A DNA stretch of 63,111 bases, the filler included, from Chiloscyllium plagiosum (Eukaryota), in NCBI RefSeq assembly GCF_004010195.1. It is 5 parts of one record of this genome, joined end to end, with 100 filler letters (N's around TTAATTAATTAA, not from the genome) between each part and the next. Parts side by side here need not be neighbours in the genome. Positions count along the whole stretch, not along the records: positions 1 to 29,878 come from NC_057717.1; positions 29,979 to 41,870 come from NC_057717.1; 3 more parts are not named here. One strand, 5' to 3'. Shown here one piece after another: positions 26,631 through 37,489 of this stretch (its first letter is position 1; every line of letters begins with the position of its first letter). The position numbers were made by a program, and so were the translations under genes. Under the pieces are notes generated by a model. The model was not told the origin of the DNA and searched no databases. It saw nothing but the letters and a program-made list of their open reading frames with translations.

Positions 26631-27559
26631 TCTAGCCTCTCCTAATTTCAAATATAATTTCAGCACAACTCCAGCAAGAATTTGCTTGAAAATGGATCGA
26701 TTTGATAATTGTAACTTCAGTGTGAACTCAATAACCAGGAAGAGGTGTCGGCCGTATCAGTCCCATGACAACGGGTCTGATTGCTATGACCTCCACGAAA
26801 CCTGTTTGACGAGGCAAACATATGGAACATCTACTTGCAGATGGATAAGGACAGGCAGAAGCTAATCCATAAGATTGGAAAATATCAGGGTACATGAGTG
26901 CCATTCAGCCTGCTTACTCTACTTATTATTTAAAGGAGTATTAGCTATTCTGTTTCTCCGAATGGGAGGGTTTTTACTGAGCATCCCTGAAGGGTCACGA
27001 AGTGCTCAGTAACTTGCAGTGCGCAGCCATGCGTAGTGAGATACCACCGAACGGCGATGGGTTTTCGGGAGTCCCAAGGCTGGCAAGGGAAAGGCTGAAT
27101 GTAGTAGTGAATAGGCTGAAGCAGTGGAAAGACGGAGTGTGCTGTCTCGGCACTACAATCACACAAGTACCCGGGCAAGTTTCCCAAACACTCAGGGGAG
27201 CCCAAAAACCAGGGCTGTTTTTATAACAAACTGCCACATTTACCCCATTTCACCATAAAAGAAAATCAAAAATACTGCAGATGATGGAAACCCGAAACAA
27301 GCACGGAGACATGCAGATGATGGAAACCCGAAACAAGCACGGAGACATTCTGTGCAGAGATAAAATAAAAAGTGAATTGTTCTCATGCAGACACGAGGAG
27401 AATGTGCAGCCTCCACCCCGACATTCAACTGGGAATGGGTTTGAATCCCGGTCCCTGTCCCACCGTGCCACGCGATGATGCAATACACGACGAGTATAGT
27501 TATATGCTTGTTTTGCGCTTTTAATTCACTGGAACACTCTCACTCAGTCTGTGTAAGAT

Positions 27560-28290
27560 TTGGAAACTTAATTTTAATGCAGCAGAGGACAAGTGAAAAA
27601 AAACAATGTGGAGAACATGAAGCATTAAAGCTAGATCGCTATAGAAAAGGAGATTGCACGAGCGTTGTTCCGAGAAATCAAACGGAGAGAGGCAAGAGTG
27701 TGCATTGGACCACTGGCCATTGAGGCTGGCTCCAGAGAAACGGAGAAGAAAGAAGTAAACAGGTACTTTGCATCAGTCCTCACAATCAGAGACACTAGTC
27801 GCATTCCAGAACTTCAAGAAAGACAAGGGTTGGAAATGAGTGCAGTGATCTGCACTGAGGAGAATGTGCTCGGGAAGCTGCAATGTTTGACGAGAGATAA
27901 AACACGGACAGGAAGGATAAGAAACCAAGGTTCTGACGAATAGAGCGGAGGAGATTGTGGAGGCACTGGTTGTGAATTTTCAGGGAAAACTGCCTTCCGA
28001 GAGAGTCCCAGCGAAGTGGAAAATGAAAATGCAAACTTTCTGTGAAAGGAAGGAAGGCAAAATACAAACAAAACTTCCGCTGGTAAGCCTGACATCGGCA
28101 CTTAGTAGGAATTAAGTGACCATTATTCAAAATAAGATTGCAAAGTACTTGGAGGTGCATAATAAAACAGGGCTGAGACAGCACGGCTTCGTCAAGGAGA
28201 GGTCCCATGTGACAATACTGTCAGAATTCTTTCTGAAGAGAATAGGCAAGTTTGATAAAAGGAGGACTGTGATTTGTTTTGCTTACAGTC
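27560..28290 (+). mobile_element. CR1 LINE ORF2 fragment
   Basis: EVNRYFASVLT, ENVLGKLQCL and RQHGFVKERSHVTILSEFF (QHGF..GRS..TNL.EFF). Confidence 0.75.
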
Positions 28291-28690
28291 AGTCCACTAA
28301 ATTTTAATCTGGATTAAATTGAATCTTCTTAATTTATTGTTTACAACTTGCATAACCAAAGATACAAAAACAGTTTGTTTATAAAAATTGAAATAGAAAA
28401 CTTGTTAAATAAAACAAGCATGGACGGTCGGGTAATGAGTAGTTTCTGCATGATGTGGGAGATGGTGGACCCTATTGTAGCTCACAGTGATCATGTCTAC
28501 AGCAAATGAAGTTTGCTGGAAGAATTCCAGCTCAGAGTCGATGAGCTGGAGTCGGAGCTTCAAAGTTTGTGACATATCGGAGAGAGGGTGTTTTACCTCG
28601 ATGCTTTTATCCAGGAGAAAGTCATGCTCTTTAGATCAGCTAACTCAAATTCAACCAGTATTCAGAGAGACGCGGGTGTGGCTTTAAACA

Positions 28691-28941
28691 AGGAGAAAAT
28701 GAGGACTCCAGATACTGGAGACCAGAGTTGAAACATGTGGTGCTGGAAAAACACAGCAGGCCAGGTAGTATCCGAGGAGCAAGAGAATCGACGTTTCGGG
28801 CATAGGTCCTGAAGCAGACGTCGGATACTACCTGGCCCGCTGTGTTTTTGTAGCACCACTTTTTTCAACTCTGGTCTCCAGCATCTGCAGTCCTCACTTT
28901 CTCCTAGTTGATCATAACCTACTGCGAATCCTCTTGCAATC
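28691..28941. mobile_element. Palindromic PLE family B terminus insertion
   Basis: Inverted terminal arms. TSD GTGGCTTTAAA(C/T)A at 28678-28690 and 28942-28954. Confidence 0.8.
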
Positions 28942-29438
28942 GTGGCTTTAAATAAGTCAGGGAGAGGGTCTCTGGAGGTAGAGTTTAAGTACCCTCAGCC
29001 CTTGTCTCTGTCTAACAGATTCAAGAGATTTGATCCATGTGTGGGTGGAAATGGGGTCTGCCGGGAGTATGAGCCAGTTGGCCGCAGCACCGAATTTGAC
29101 AAACCATTCGAGGGGAAAAGAAGATAAATACTGTTGTCATTGGAAAGATTATGGTTAGAGGCATAGACGCTATTCTCTGTGATCAGGAACGACAGTCCTG
29201 GAGGATGTGCTGCTGGCCTGGTGCTCGGGTTAAGGATATCTCATCTGGGCTGCAGATGAATGTGGAGTGCGAGGACAAATATCTGTTGGTCGTGGTCAAT
29301 GTACGCAACAACGACATAGAGAAATCTAGGACAGAGTTTTTGCTAAGTGATATGAACAGCCAAATTCTAAAGTAGAAAGCAGAACCAAAAAGGTAATGAT
29401 CTCTATTTTGCTAATTTAGCCAGGGGTTAATTGGCGCA

Positions 29439-29485
29439 TTCTGGATTAGTGATGCTGGAAGAGCACAGCAGTTCAGGCAGCATCC
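29439..29485 (-). mobile_element. 47-bp PLE-terminus micro-insertion
   Basis: TGCTGGAAGAGCACAGCAGTTCAGGCAGCATCC between GTTAATTGGC(G/A)CA copies at 29426-29438 and 29486-29498. Confidence 0.7.
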
Positions 29486-29878
29486 GTTAATTGGCACAGT
29501 GTGAACAAACGTTTTGGAGGTAGATGCGTGGTTGAAAGATTGGTATGGAATAAATGGGTTTGAATTCATCGGAAATTGTGACTAGTACTGGGGAAGAAGG
29601 GAGCATTTCCGATGGAATGGTCTTTACCTGAATCGTGCTTGGATGAGAGTATTAGGGAATGACGCAACTAGGATTGGAGCCAAGGCATGTTCTAAATGTG
29701 GTGGAGCTTGTATCAGTTACAGGGTACATTAGAAAACATGAATGAAAGCAGGAAGCAATAGAGTAGAACTCAGGGGTGGCTATTAAAATCTTCAGGACAT
29801 ACGCATATGGAACAGAGCTAACAGTCAAATTTCAAGCACGCTGGACAAACGTAAGGCAATGAGAAGAGGAATAGTAAA

Positions 29879-29978
29879 NNNNNNNNNNNNNNNNNNNNNN
29901 NNNNNNNNNNNNNNNNNNNNNNTTAATTAATTAANNNNNNNNNNNNNNNNNNNNNNNNNNNNNNNNNNNNNNNNNNNN
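29879..29978. other. Artificial scaffold linker (44 N + TTAATTAATTAA + 44 N); also at 41871-41970, 54863-54962 and 59572-59671
   Basis: The same 100-bp layout occurs four times. Plain N-gaps lie at 3753-4252, 21647-22146, 34564-35063, 48952-49451 and 50661-50929. Confidence 0.95.
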
Positions 29979-31105
29979 TACATGGATTTTAGTAAGGCAC
30001 TTGATAAGGTTCCCATGGTAGGCTTATGCGGAACGTCTGGAGGCATGGGATAGAGGGAAATTTGGCCAATTGGATAGAAAACTGGTTAACCGGTCGAAGT
30101 CAGAGAGTGGTGGTAGATGGTAAATATTCGGCCTGGAGCCCAGTTACAAGTGGAGTTCCGCAGGGATCAGTTCTGGGTCCTCTGCTGTTTGTAATTTTTA
30201 TTAATGACTTGGAAGAGGGAGTCGAAGGGTGGGTCAGTAAATTTGCAGATGATACGAAGATTGGTGGAGTTGTGGATAGTGAGGAGGGCTGTTGTCGGCT
30301 GCAAAGGGACTTAGATATGATGCAGAGCTGGGCTGAGGAGTGGCAGATGGAGTTCAACCCTGCCAAGTGTGAGGTTGTCCATTTTGGAAAGACAAATAAG
30401 AATGTGGAATACAGGGTTGACGGTAGGGTTCTTAGTGAGGTGGAAGAACAGAGGGATCTTGGGGTCTATGTTCATAGATCTTTGAAGGTTGCCACTCAGC
30501 TGGAGAGAGCTTGTAAGAAGGCCTACGGTGTATTAGCGTTCATTAGCAGAGGGTTTGAATTCAAGAGTCGTGAAGTGATGTTATCGCTGTACAGGACTTT
30601 GGTTAGGCCACATTTGGAGTACTATGTGCAGTTCTGGTCACCTCACTTTAGGAAGGATGTGAAAGCTTTGGAGAGGGTGCAGAGAAGATTTACCAGGATG
30701 TTGCCTGTAATGGAGAATAGGTTGTACGAGGATAGGTTGAGCGTGCTAGGCCTTTTCTCATTGGAACGGAGAAGGATGAGGGGTGACTTGATAGAGGTGT
30801 ATAAGATGATCAGGGGAATATATAGAGTAGACAATCAGAAACTTTTTCCCCGGGTACAACAGAGTGTTACAAGGGAACATAAATTTAAGGTGAAGGGTGG
30901 AAGGTACAGGGGAGATGTCAGGGGTAGTGGTGGGGGCATAGAATGCGCTGCCTGTGGGAATGGCAGAGTCAGAATCATTGGCGAACTTTAAGTGGCAATT
31001 GGATAGGTACATGGAGGGGTGCTGAAGCTCAGACAAATGTTCGGCACAACATCGTGGGCCGAAGGGCCTGTTCTGTGCTGTATTGTTCTATGTTTCTATG
31101 TTCTA
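29979..31105 (+). mobile_element. Young CR1 LINE, 3' 1.1 kb
   Basis: Near-intact RT, 3' UTR GGGCCGAAGGGCCTGTT and a (TTCTATG)n tail. The 5' side is lost in a gap. Confidence 0.95.
30026..30991 (+). CDS. CR1 ORF2 reverse transcriptase, partial (321 aa open; last ~20 aa frameshifted)
   Basis: GVPQGSVLGPLLFVIFINDL, SKFADDTK, QMEFNPAKC, LVRPHLEYYVQFWSP and ERVQRRFTRM. Confidence 0.9.
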   Translation: MRNVWRHGIEGNLANWIENWLTGRSQRVVVDGKYSAWSPVTSGVPQGSVLGPLLFVIFINDLEEGVEGWVSKFADDTKIGGVVDSEEGCCRLQRDLDMMQSWAEEWQMEFNPAKCEVVHFGKTNKNVEYRVDGRVLSEVEEQRDLGVYVHRSLKVATQLERACKKAYGVLAFISRGFEFKSREVMLSLYRTLVRPHLEYYVQFWSPHFRKDVKALERVQRRFTRMLPVMENRLYEDRLSVLGLFSLERRRMRGDLIEVYKMIRGIYRVDNQKLFPRVQQSVTREHKFKVKGGRYRGDVRGSGGGIECAACGNGRVRIIGEL

Positions 31106-34100
31106 GCTGTCATCCTCACTTTTGTGGCCTGACCTGCTATGCTTTTAAGCAGTCCTCTGATCAAAACTCTGGTTTCCAGAATCTGCCGTCCTCACATTTG
31201 CCATCTGACCTGCTGTGCTTTCCCAGCACCTGTCTGATCTAAACTCTGGTTTCCAGCATCTGCTGTTCTCAATTTTGCTGCCTGACCGGCTGTGCTTTTC
31301 AGCACTACTCTGTTCTAAACACTGGTTTCCAGTATCTGCCATCTTCACATTTGCGACCTGATCTGCTGTGGTTTTCCAGCACCATTCTGATCTAAACTCT
31401 GGTTTCCAGCATCTGCCATTCTCGCTTTTATGGCCTGACCTGCTGTGCGTTTCCAGCACCACTCTGATTAAATCTCTGGCTTTCAGCATCTGCAGTCATC
31501 ACTTTTGGGGCCTGACCTGCAATGTTTTTCCAGCACCATTCTGATCTAAACTCTGGTTTCCACATCTGCTGTCCTCACGTTTGCAGCCTGACCTGCTATG
31601 CTTACCAGCACCACTCTGATCTCAACTCTGGTTTCCAGCATCTGCTGTTCTCAATTTTGCTGCCTGACCGGCTGTGCTTTTCCAGCACCACTCTGATCTA
31701 AACATTGGTTTCCAGTATCTGCCATCCTCACTTTTGCGGCGTGACCTGCTGTGGTTTTCCTGCAACACTCTGATTAAATCTCTGGCTTTCAGCATCTGCA
31801 GTCATCACTTTTGCGGCCTGACCTGCTGTGCTTTTCCAGCACCACTCTGATCTAAACACTGGTTTCCAGTATCTGCCATCCTCACATTTGCGGCGTGACC
31901 TGCTGTGGTTTTCCTGCAGCACTCTGAATAAATCTCTGGCGTTCAGCATCTGCAGTCATCACTTTTATGGCCTGACCTGCTGTGCTTTTCGACCACCACT
32001 CTGATCTAAACTCTGGTTTCCAGCATCTGCCGTCCTCGTTTTTGCGACCTGACCTGCTGTGCTTTTCCAGCACCTCTCTGATCTAAACTCAGGTTTGTTG
32101 CATCTGCAGTCCTTACTAATTCTGCTTGAGCTGCTGTGCTTTTCCAGCACCACACTGATCTAAATTCTGATTTCCAGCATCGGCAGTCCTCACTATTGTG
32201 GCCTGACCTGCTGTGCTTTTCCAGCACCACTCTGATGTAAACTCTGGTTTCCAGCATCTGCCATCCTCAATTTTCTAGCCTGACCTCCTGTGTGTTTCCA
32301 GCACCACTCTGATGAAAACACTGGTTTCCAGCGACTTCAGTCCTCACTTTTGCAGACTGAACTGCTGTGCTTTTCCAACACCTCCCTGATCTAAACTCTG
32401 GGTTCCAGCATCTGCCGTCCTCGCTTTTGTCGCCTGACCTGCTGTGCTTTTTCAGCTCCACTCGGATTCAATATCTGGTTTCCAGCATCTGCTGTCCTCA
32501 CTTTTGTGGCCTGACCTGTTCTGCTTTTCCAGCAACACACTGATCTAAACTCTGGTTTCCAGCATCTGCTGTTCTCACTTTAGCGGCCTGACCTGCTGTG
32601 CTTTTCCAATACCACTCTGATTCAATTTCTGTCTTCCAGCACCTGCCATCCTCACTTTTGCGGCCTCACGTGCTGTGCTTTTCCAGAACCACTATGATCT
32701 GAACTCTGGTTTCCAGCATCTGAAATACTAAACTTTGCTGCCTGACCTGCTCTGACTTTCCAGCACCACACTGATCTAAACTATGGCTCCCGGCATCTGC
32801 AGTCCTCACATTTGCCGCCTGACTTGCTGTGCCTTTCCAGCACCACTCTGATTCAATTTCCGGTTTCCAGCATCTGTCTTCCTCACTTTTGCGGCCTGAC
32901 CTGCTATGATTTTCCTGCAGCTCTCTGATCGAAATTCTGGTTTTTAGAATCTGCTGTCCTCACGTTTGCCGCCTGACATGCTGTGCTTTTCCAGCACCAC
33001 TCTGATCTGAACTCTGGTCTCCAGCATCTGCTGTTCTCAATTTTGCTGCCTGACCGGCTGTGCTTTTCCAGGAGCACTCTTATTAAAACTCTGGCTTCCA
33101 GCATCTGCAGTCATCACGTTTGTGGCCTGACCTGCTGCGCTTTTCCAGAACCACTCTGATCTAAACTCTGGTTTCCAGCATCGATAGTTCTCACTTTTGA
33201 GGCCTGACCTGCTGTGCTTTTCCAGCTCCACCCTGATCTAAACTCTGGTTTGCAGTATCTACAGTCCTCACCTTTTCTGCCTGACCTGCTGTGCTTTTCC
33301 AGCACCACTCTGATTCAATCTCTGTCTTCTAGCATCTGCCGTCCTCACGTTTGTGGCTTGACCTGTGCTTTTCCAGCAACACGCTCATGTAAACTCTGGT
33401 TTGCAGTATCTGCAGTCCTCACCTTTTCTACCGGACTTGCCGTGCTTTTCCAGCACCACACTGATCGAAACTTTGATTTCCAGCATCCGTCGCCCTCACT
33501 TTTGCGGCATGACCTCCTGTGCTTTTCCAGCACAACTCTGATCTAAACTCTGGCTTCTAGCATTTGCGGTCCTCACTTTTTAGCCTGACCTGCTCTGCTT
33601 TTCCAGCACCACACTGATCTAAACTCTGGTTTCTCGCAACTACAGTCGCCACGTTTGCGGACTGACCAGGTGTGCATTTAAAGCGCCAATCGGACATAAA
33701 CTCTGGTTTCCAGCATCTGCAGTCCTCATGTTTACGGCCTGACCTGTTCTGCTTTTCTAGCACCACTCTGATCTAAACTCTGGTTTCCAGCATCTGCCAT
33801 CCTCACTTTTGCAGCCTGACTTGCTGTGCTTTTCCAGAACCACTCTGATCTAAACTCTGGCTTCCAGCATGTGCCATACTGACCTAGCTGCCTAACCTGC
33901 TGTGCTTTTCCAGAACCACTCTGATCTAGACTCTGGCATCCAGCATCTGATATACTAACCTTTGATGCCTGACCTGCTGTGACTTTCCAGCACCACACTG
34001 ATTCAATTTCTGGTATCCAGTATCTGTCATCCTCACCTTTGCGGCCTGATCTGCTATGCTTTTCCAGCAGCTCTCTTATCAAAATTCTGGTTTCCAGAAT

Positions 34101-34563
34101 CTGCCGTCCTCACATTTGCCACCTGACTTGCTGTGCTTTTCCAGCACCACTCTGATCTAAACACTGGTTTCCAGTATCTGCCGTCCTCACATTTGCGGCG
34201 TGACCTGCTGTGGTTTTCCAGCACCATTCTGATCTAAACTCTGGTTTCCAGCATCTGCCATCCTCGCTTTTATGGCCGGACCTGCTGTGCTTTTCCAGCA
34301 CCACTCTGATCTAAACACTGGTTTCCAGCATCTGCCATCCTCATTTTTGCGGCCTGACCTGCTGTGCTTTTCCAGCACCACTCTGATGCAAACTCTGGTT
34401 TCCAGCATCTGCCGTCCTCAACTTTCTAGCCTGACCTCCCGTGCGTTTCCAGCACCACTCTGATGAAAACGCTGGTTTCCAGCATCTTTAGTCCTCACAT
34501 TTGCGACCTGACCTGCTGTCCTTTTCCAGCACCCAACTCTGATATAAACTCTGGTTTCCCGCA
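31106..34563 (+). repeat. 77-bp tandem satellite (~45 visible monomers) derived from the PLE terminus
   Basis: Consensus CTGACCTGCTGTGCTTTTCCAGCACCACTCTGATCTAAACTCTGGTTTCCAGCATCTGCAGTCCTCACTTTTGCGGC. Starts at 31205 and 31282 give a period of 77. The array runs into a gap. Confidence 0.95.
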
Positions 34564-35063
34564 NNNNNNNNNNNNNNNNNNNNNNNNNNNNNNNNNNNNN
34601 NNNNNNNNNNNNNNNNNNNNNNNNNNNNNNNNNNNNNNNNNNNNNNNNNNNNNNNNNNNNNNNNNNNNNNNNNNNNNNNNNNNNNNNNNNNNNNNNNNNN
34701 NNNNNNNNNNNNNNNNNNNNNNNNNNNNNNNNNNNNNNNNNNNNNNNNNNNNNNNNNNNNNNNNNNNNNNNNNNNNNNNNNNNNNNNNNNNNNNNNNNNN
34801 NNNNNNNNNNNNNNNNNNNNNNNNNNNNNNNNNNNNNNNNNNNNNNNNNNNNNNNNNNNNNNNNNNNNNNNNNNNNNNNNNNNNNNNNNNNNNNNNNNNN
34901 NNNNNNNNNNNNNNNNNNNNNNNNNNNNNNNNNNNNNNNNNNNNNNNNNNNNNNNNNNNNNNNNNNNNNNNNNNNNNNNNNNNNNNNNNNNNNNNNNNNN
35001 NNNNNNNNNNNNNNNNNNNNNNNNNNNNNNNNNNNNNNNNNNNNNNNNNNNNNNNNNNNNNNN

Positions 35064-37330
35064 GTGACATTTCCATCAGAATTGCTCATGCGAAGAAGAC
35101 TCCAATTTAAATCTGATCTTCTTGGATATTGTGGGGAGGGTGAAACGGCATCAGGAAGGCCAATGCTGGCCACAAAACTCCTCTTTGTGAGTGAGAAGTT
35201 TACTTCATGAGACAAAATGTGCTGTTGAAACTGTAGGAATGGCACTGAATGGATAAAAGATATGTTCAAAGTGAGGACAGGTCGCAAGATGTACAATGCT
35301 TTGATCACACAAGAAGTTCTGAACCATTGTGAGGATCACATGATTGCTGCACCCTCAAGATGTGGTCAGGAGCAAAACATACCCAGCCCCCCACAACACG
35401 CAGCAAGGCTCTCTGAACCAGTTGGTTCTCCACCTTCACCCAGTGTGGAAGAATCCTCTGAGGGTGAGATGGACATGGCACATGTGGCAGCATTGACACC
35501 ATGACCACCTACAGAAGAAGATAAGTTTCTTCTGAGACACAAGAGGTGGGCCAAGTCCAGCCCGGAGGCAGAATGGTGGCAGAATGCAGCCTGGAGTCAG
35601 TGGAAGTGGAACTAGTTGGAAAATGACTCGAGATGGTGCAAGAAGGAATAATTAGTTCGAGACGGAATTGATGACTGGACCGTATTCAGCAAGTGAACCT
35701 CATTGAATGTAATTTTCCAGGTTGAAGCTGTTCACCTGGTCTAATCAGGGAGACCTGACTGGCAGATTAGTCAGGGGTTCTGCTCATTCGAGGAGCAGTC
35801 TCTACGAAGGCGAGTTCAGTGTCATATACTGTGCACGTGGAAAACTTTGAAGTGCATGCCACAGCATGTTACACGCATCGATTCTGCGAGTCTGTTTGTG
35901 GGATCTATACTTTAAGGATGTTGGTCACAGGTGAAGTGCATTCATTTGCCAGCAGGTAGTTTTGAGTATTACCTAAAATCGAATGGCATTCGGCATGTAG
36001 TGACAGCTACAGCCTTAGTCCTATTGTATGGCGGAAAAAAAAGTCCAAATATTGAGAGTAAAGTTAAGAAAACAGCTGACAACTTGTGGGTGGCACGGTG
36101 GCACAGTGGTTAGCACTGTTGCCTCACAGCGCCAGAGACTCGGGTTCAATTCCCGCCTCAGGCGACTGACTGTGTGGAGTTTGCACATTCTCCCCGTGTC
36201 TGCGTGGGTCCCCTCTGGGTGCTCCGGTTTCCTCCCGCAATCCAAAAAATGTGCAGGTTCGGCGAATTGGCCATACTAAATTGCCCGTAGTGTTATGTGA
36301 AGGGGTAAATGTAGGGGAATGGGTCTGGGTGGGTGGCGGGTCGGTGTGGACTTGTTGGGCCGAAGGGCCTGTTTCCACACTGTAAGTAATCTAATCTAAA
36401 CTTCATTGGATACCAAATTGTCCCGCTTTCTCTTTGATTATAAAAAGGTAAACATTTTCTGAGATGCAAGAGGTGCACCACCATCCCTCACCATGTCTGG
36501 AACGATGTGTAAGTCATCTTAATGACAGACAGGCTTGAACACTGACCCATTCTGCCTCTGAATTCGTGTCGAGCGGGGCTATGTCCCCACGGCAAAACTG
36601 CTCTGAATCTACCTCACTGCAGGTCCTCACCACAGATAAGCTGCCCACTTTTAGGCCAAGGGGGCTTGTATTGAAGTCCTGCAATGTCGCTATCCCAGAA
36701 ACCCTTGATGGGGATCAGTGTGAGCGGTAAGTTGTTTTAGGTTGAAATGAGCAGGAATCCTTCTTCTGGACTTTTAACCATTCCCAGATTCCTTTCTCAG
36801 GAGTGTTCAATTGCAACAAAGCAGAGCTGATTTTTAAAAAATTTTTCATTGAAATGAACAAATGCTGGAGATCACAGTGGGTCAGACATAATCCATGAGA
36901 GAGAGCAAGCCAAGATTTTGTGACGAGAAGACCCCACATCTGAGCTGTTCATTTGTTTGTTTTATTTGATAACCTTGACTTTATTTTTATTTTGGTGCTG
37001 TATGGTCCATGCCCAGGAGTGGTTGGTTGGCACAGCGAGAGCCAATTTGTGGTTGTTTATTTCCTTCTGTCTTTCCCTAGAGGAACAGTGTCTTTTTTTT
37101 TTGTTTTACAAAGTGAAAGCAGCTTTTGTTTCTGTTTTGGAAGAGCAGAGTGTATGTGCTGGTACGATGCCTATTTGGGCAGAATCTGTTGCACATAATG
37201 GGTGTTGTTTTTCAGACTGGAGGCTTGTGATAAATACAGGAATCAGTGATGTGTCCAATGCTGTATGTCATATATGTGAAGGATTTGCATGAGAATATAG
37301 GGTACATGGTTTCTGAGAAGTGGCAGGTAG
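35064..37330 (+). repeat. Rearranged copy A of the Gypsy/LINE composite block
   Basis: 35064-35870 aligns by eye with 39520-40330, and 36600-37300 with 40960-41690. Confidence 0.7.
36086..36398 (+). mobile_element. HE1-type tRNA-derived SINE, full length
   Basis: A box TGGCACAGTGG, B box GGTTCAATTCC, CR1-like 3' end and TAATC tail. AACTT TSD at 36081-36085 and 36399-36403. Confidence 0.92.
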
Positions 37331-37489
37331 AATATAATTTTGATACATGCAAAATGTTGCATTTTGGTAAGAGAAAGAAGCCAAGACCACTTTTGGAATG
37401 GCCTGTAGAGTGTTGTCGAACAGAGAGTCCTAGGGTTTGGCAGAACCTCACAGTGCAGAAGTCAGCCATTTGACACAAAAGGCGCACAC

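Larger units (their letters stand above)
28430..29700 (+). mobile_element. CR1 ORF1 (zinc finger + SGNH esterase), degenerate
   Basis: MVRGIDAILC...CCWPGARVKDIS...VVVNVRNNDI is homologous to ORF 54219..54914. Confidence 0.75.

Noticed and set aside
24423..27210. Recombination signal sequences (CACAGTG at 24423, CCAAAAACC at 27202) suggesting an Ig/TCR locus
   Set aside because: No heptamer-nonamer pair at 12 or 23 spacing, and no V/J-like coding segment.
29923..29934. TTAATTAATTAA palindrome repeated four times
   Set aside because: It is always centred in a 100-bp N block, so it is an assembly linker.
31106..34563. CRISPR-like array or repetitive protein (many short minus-strand ORFs such as LEKHSRSG...CWKPEFRSE)
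   Set aside because: There are no unique spacers and no cas genes, and the context is eukaryotic. A 77-bp period is not a multiple of 3, and stops are frequent.
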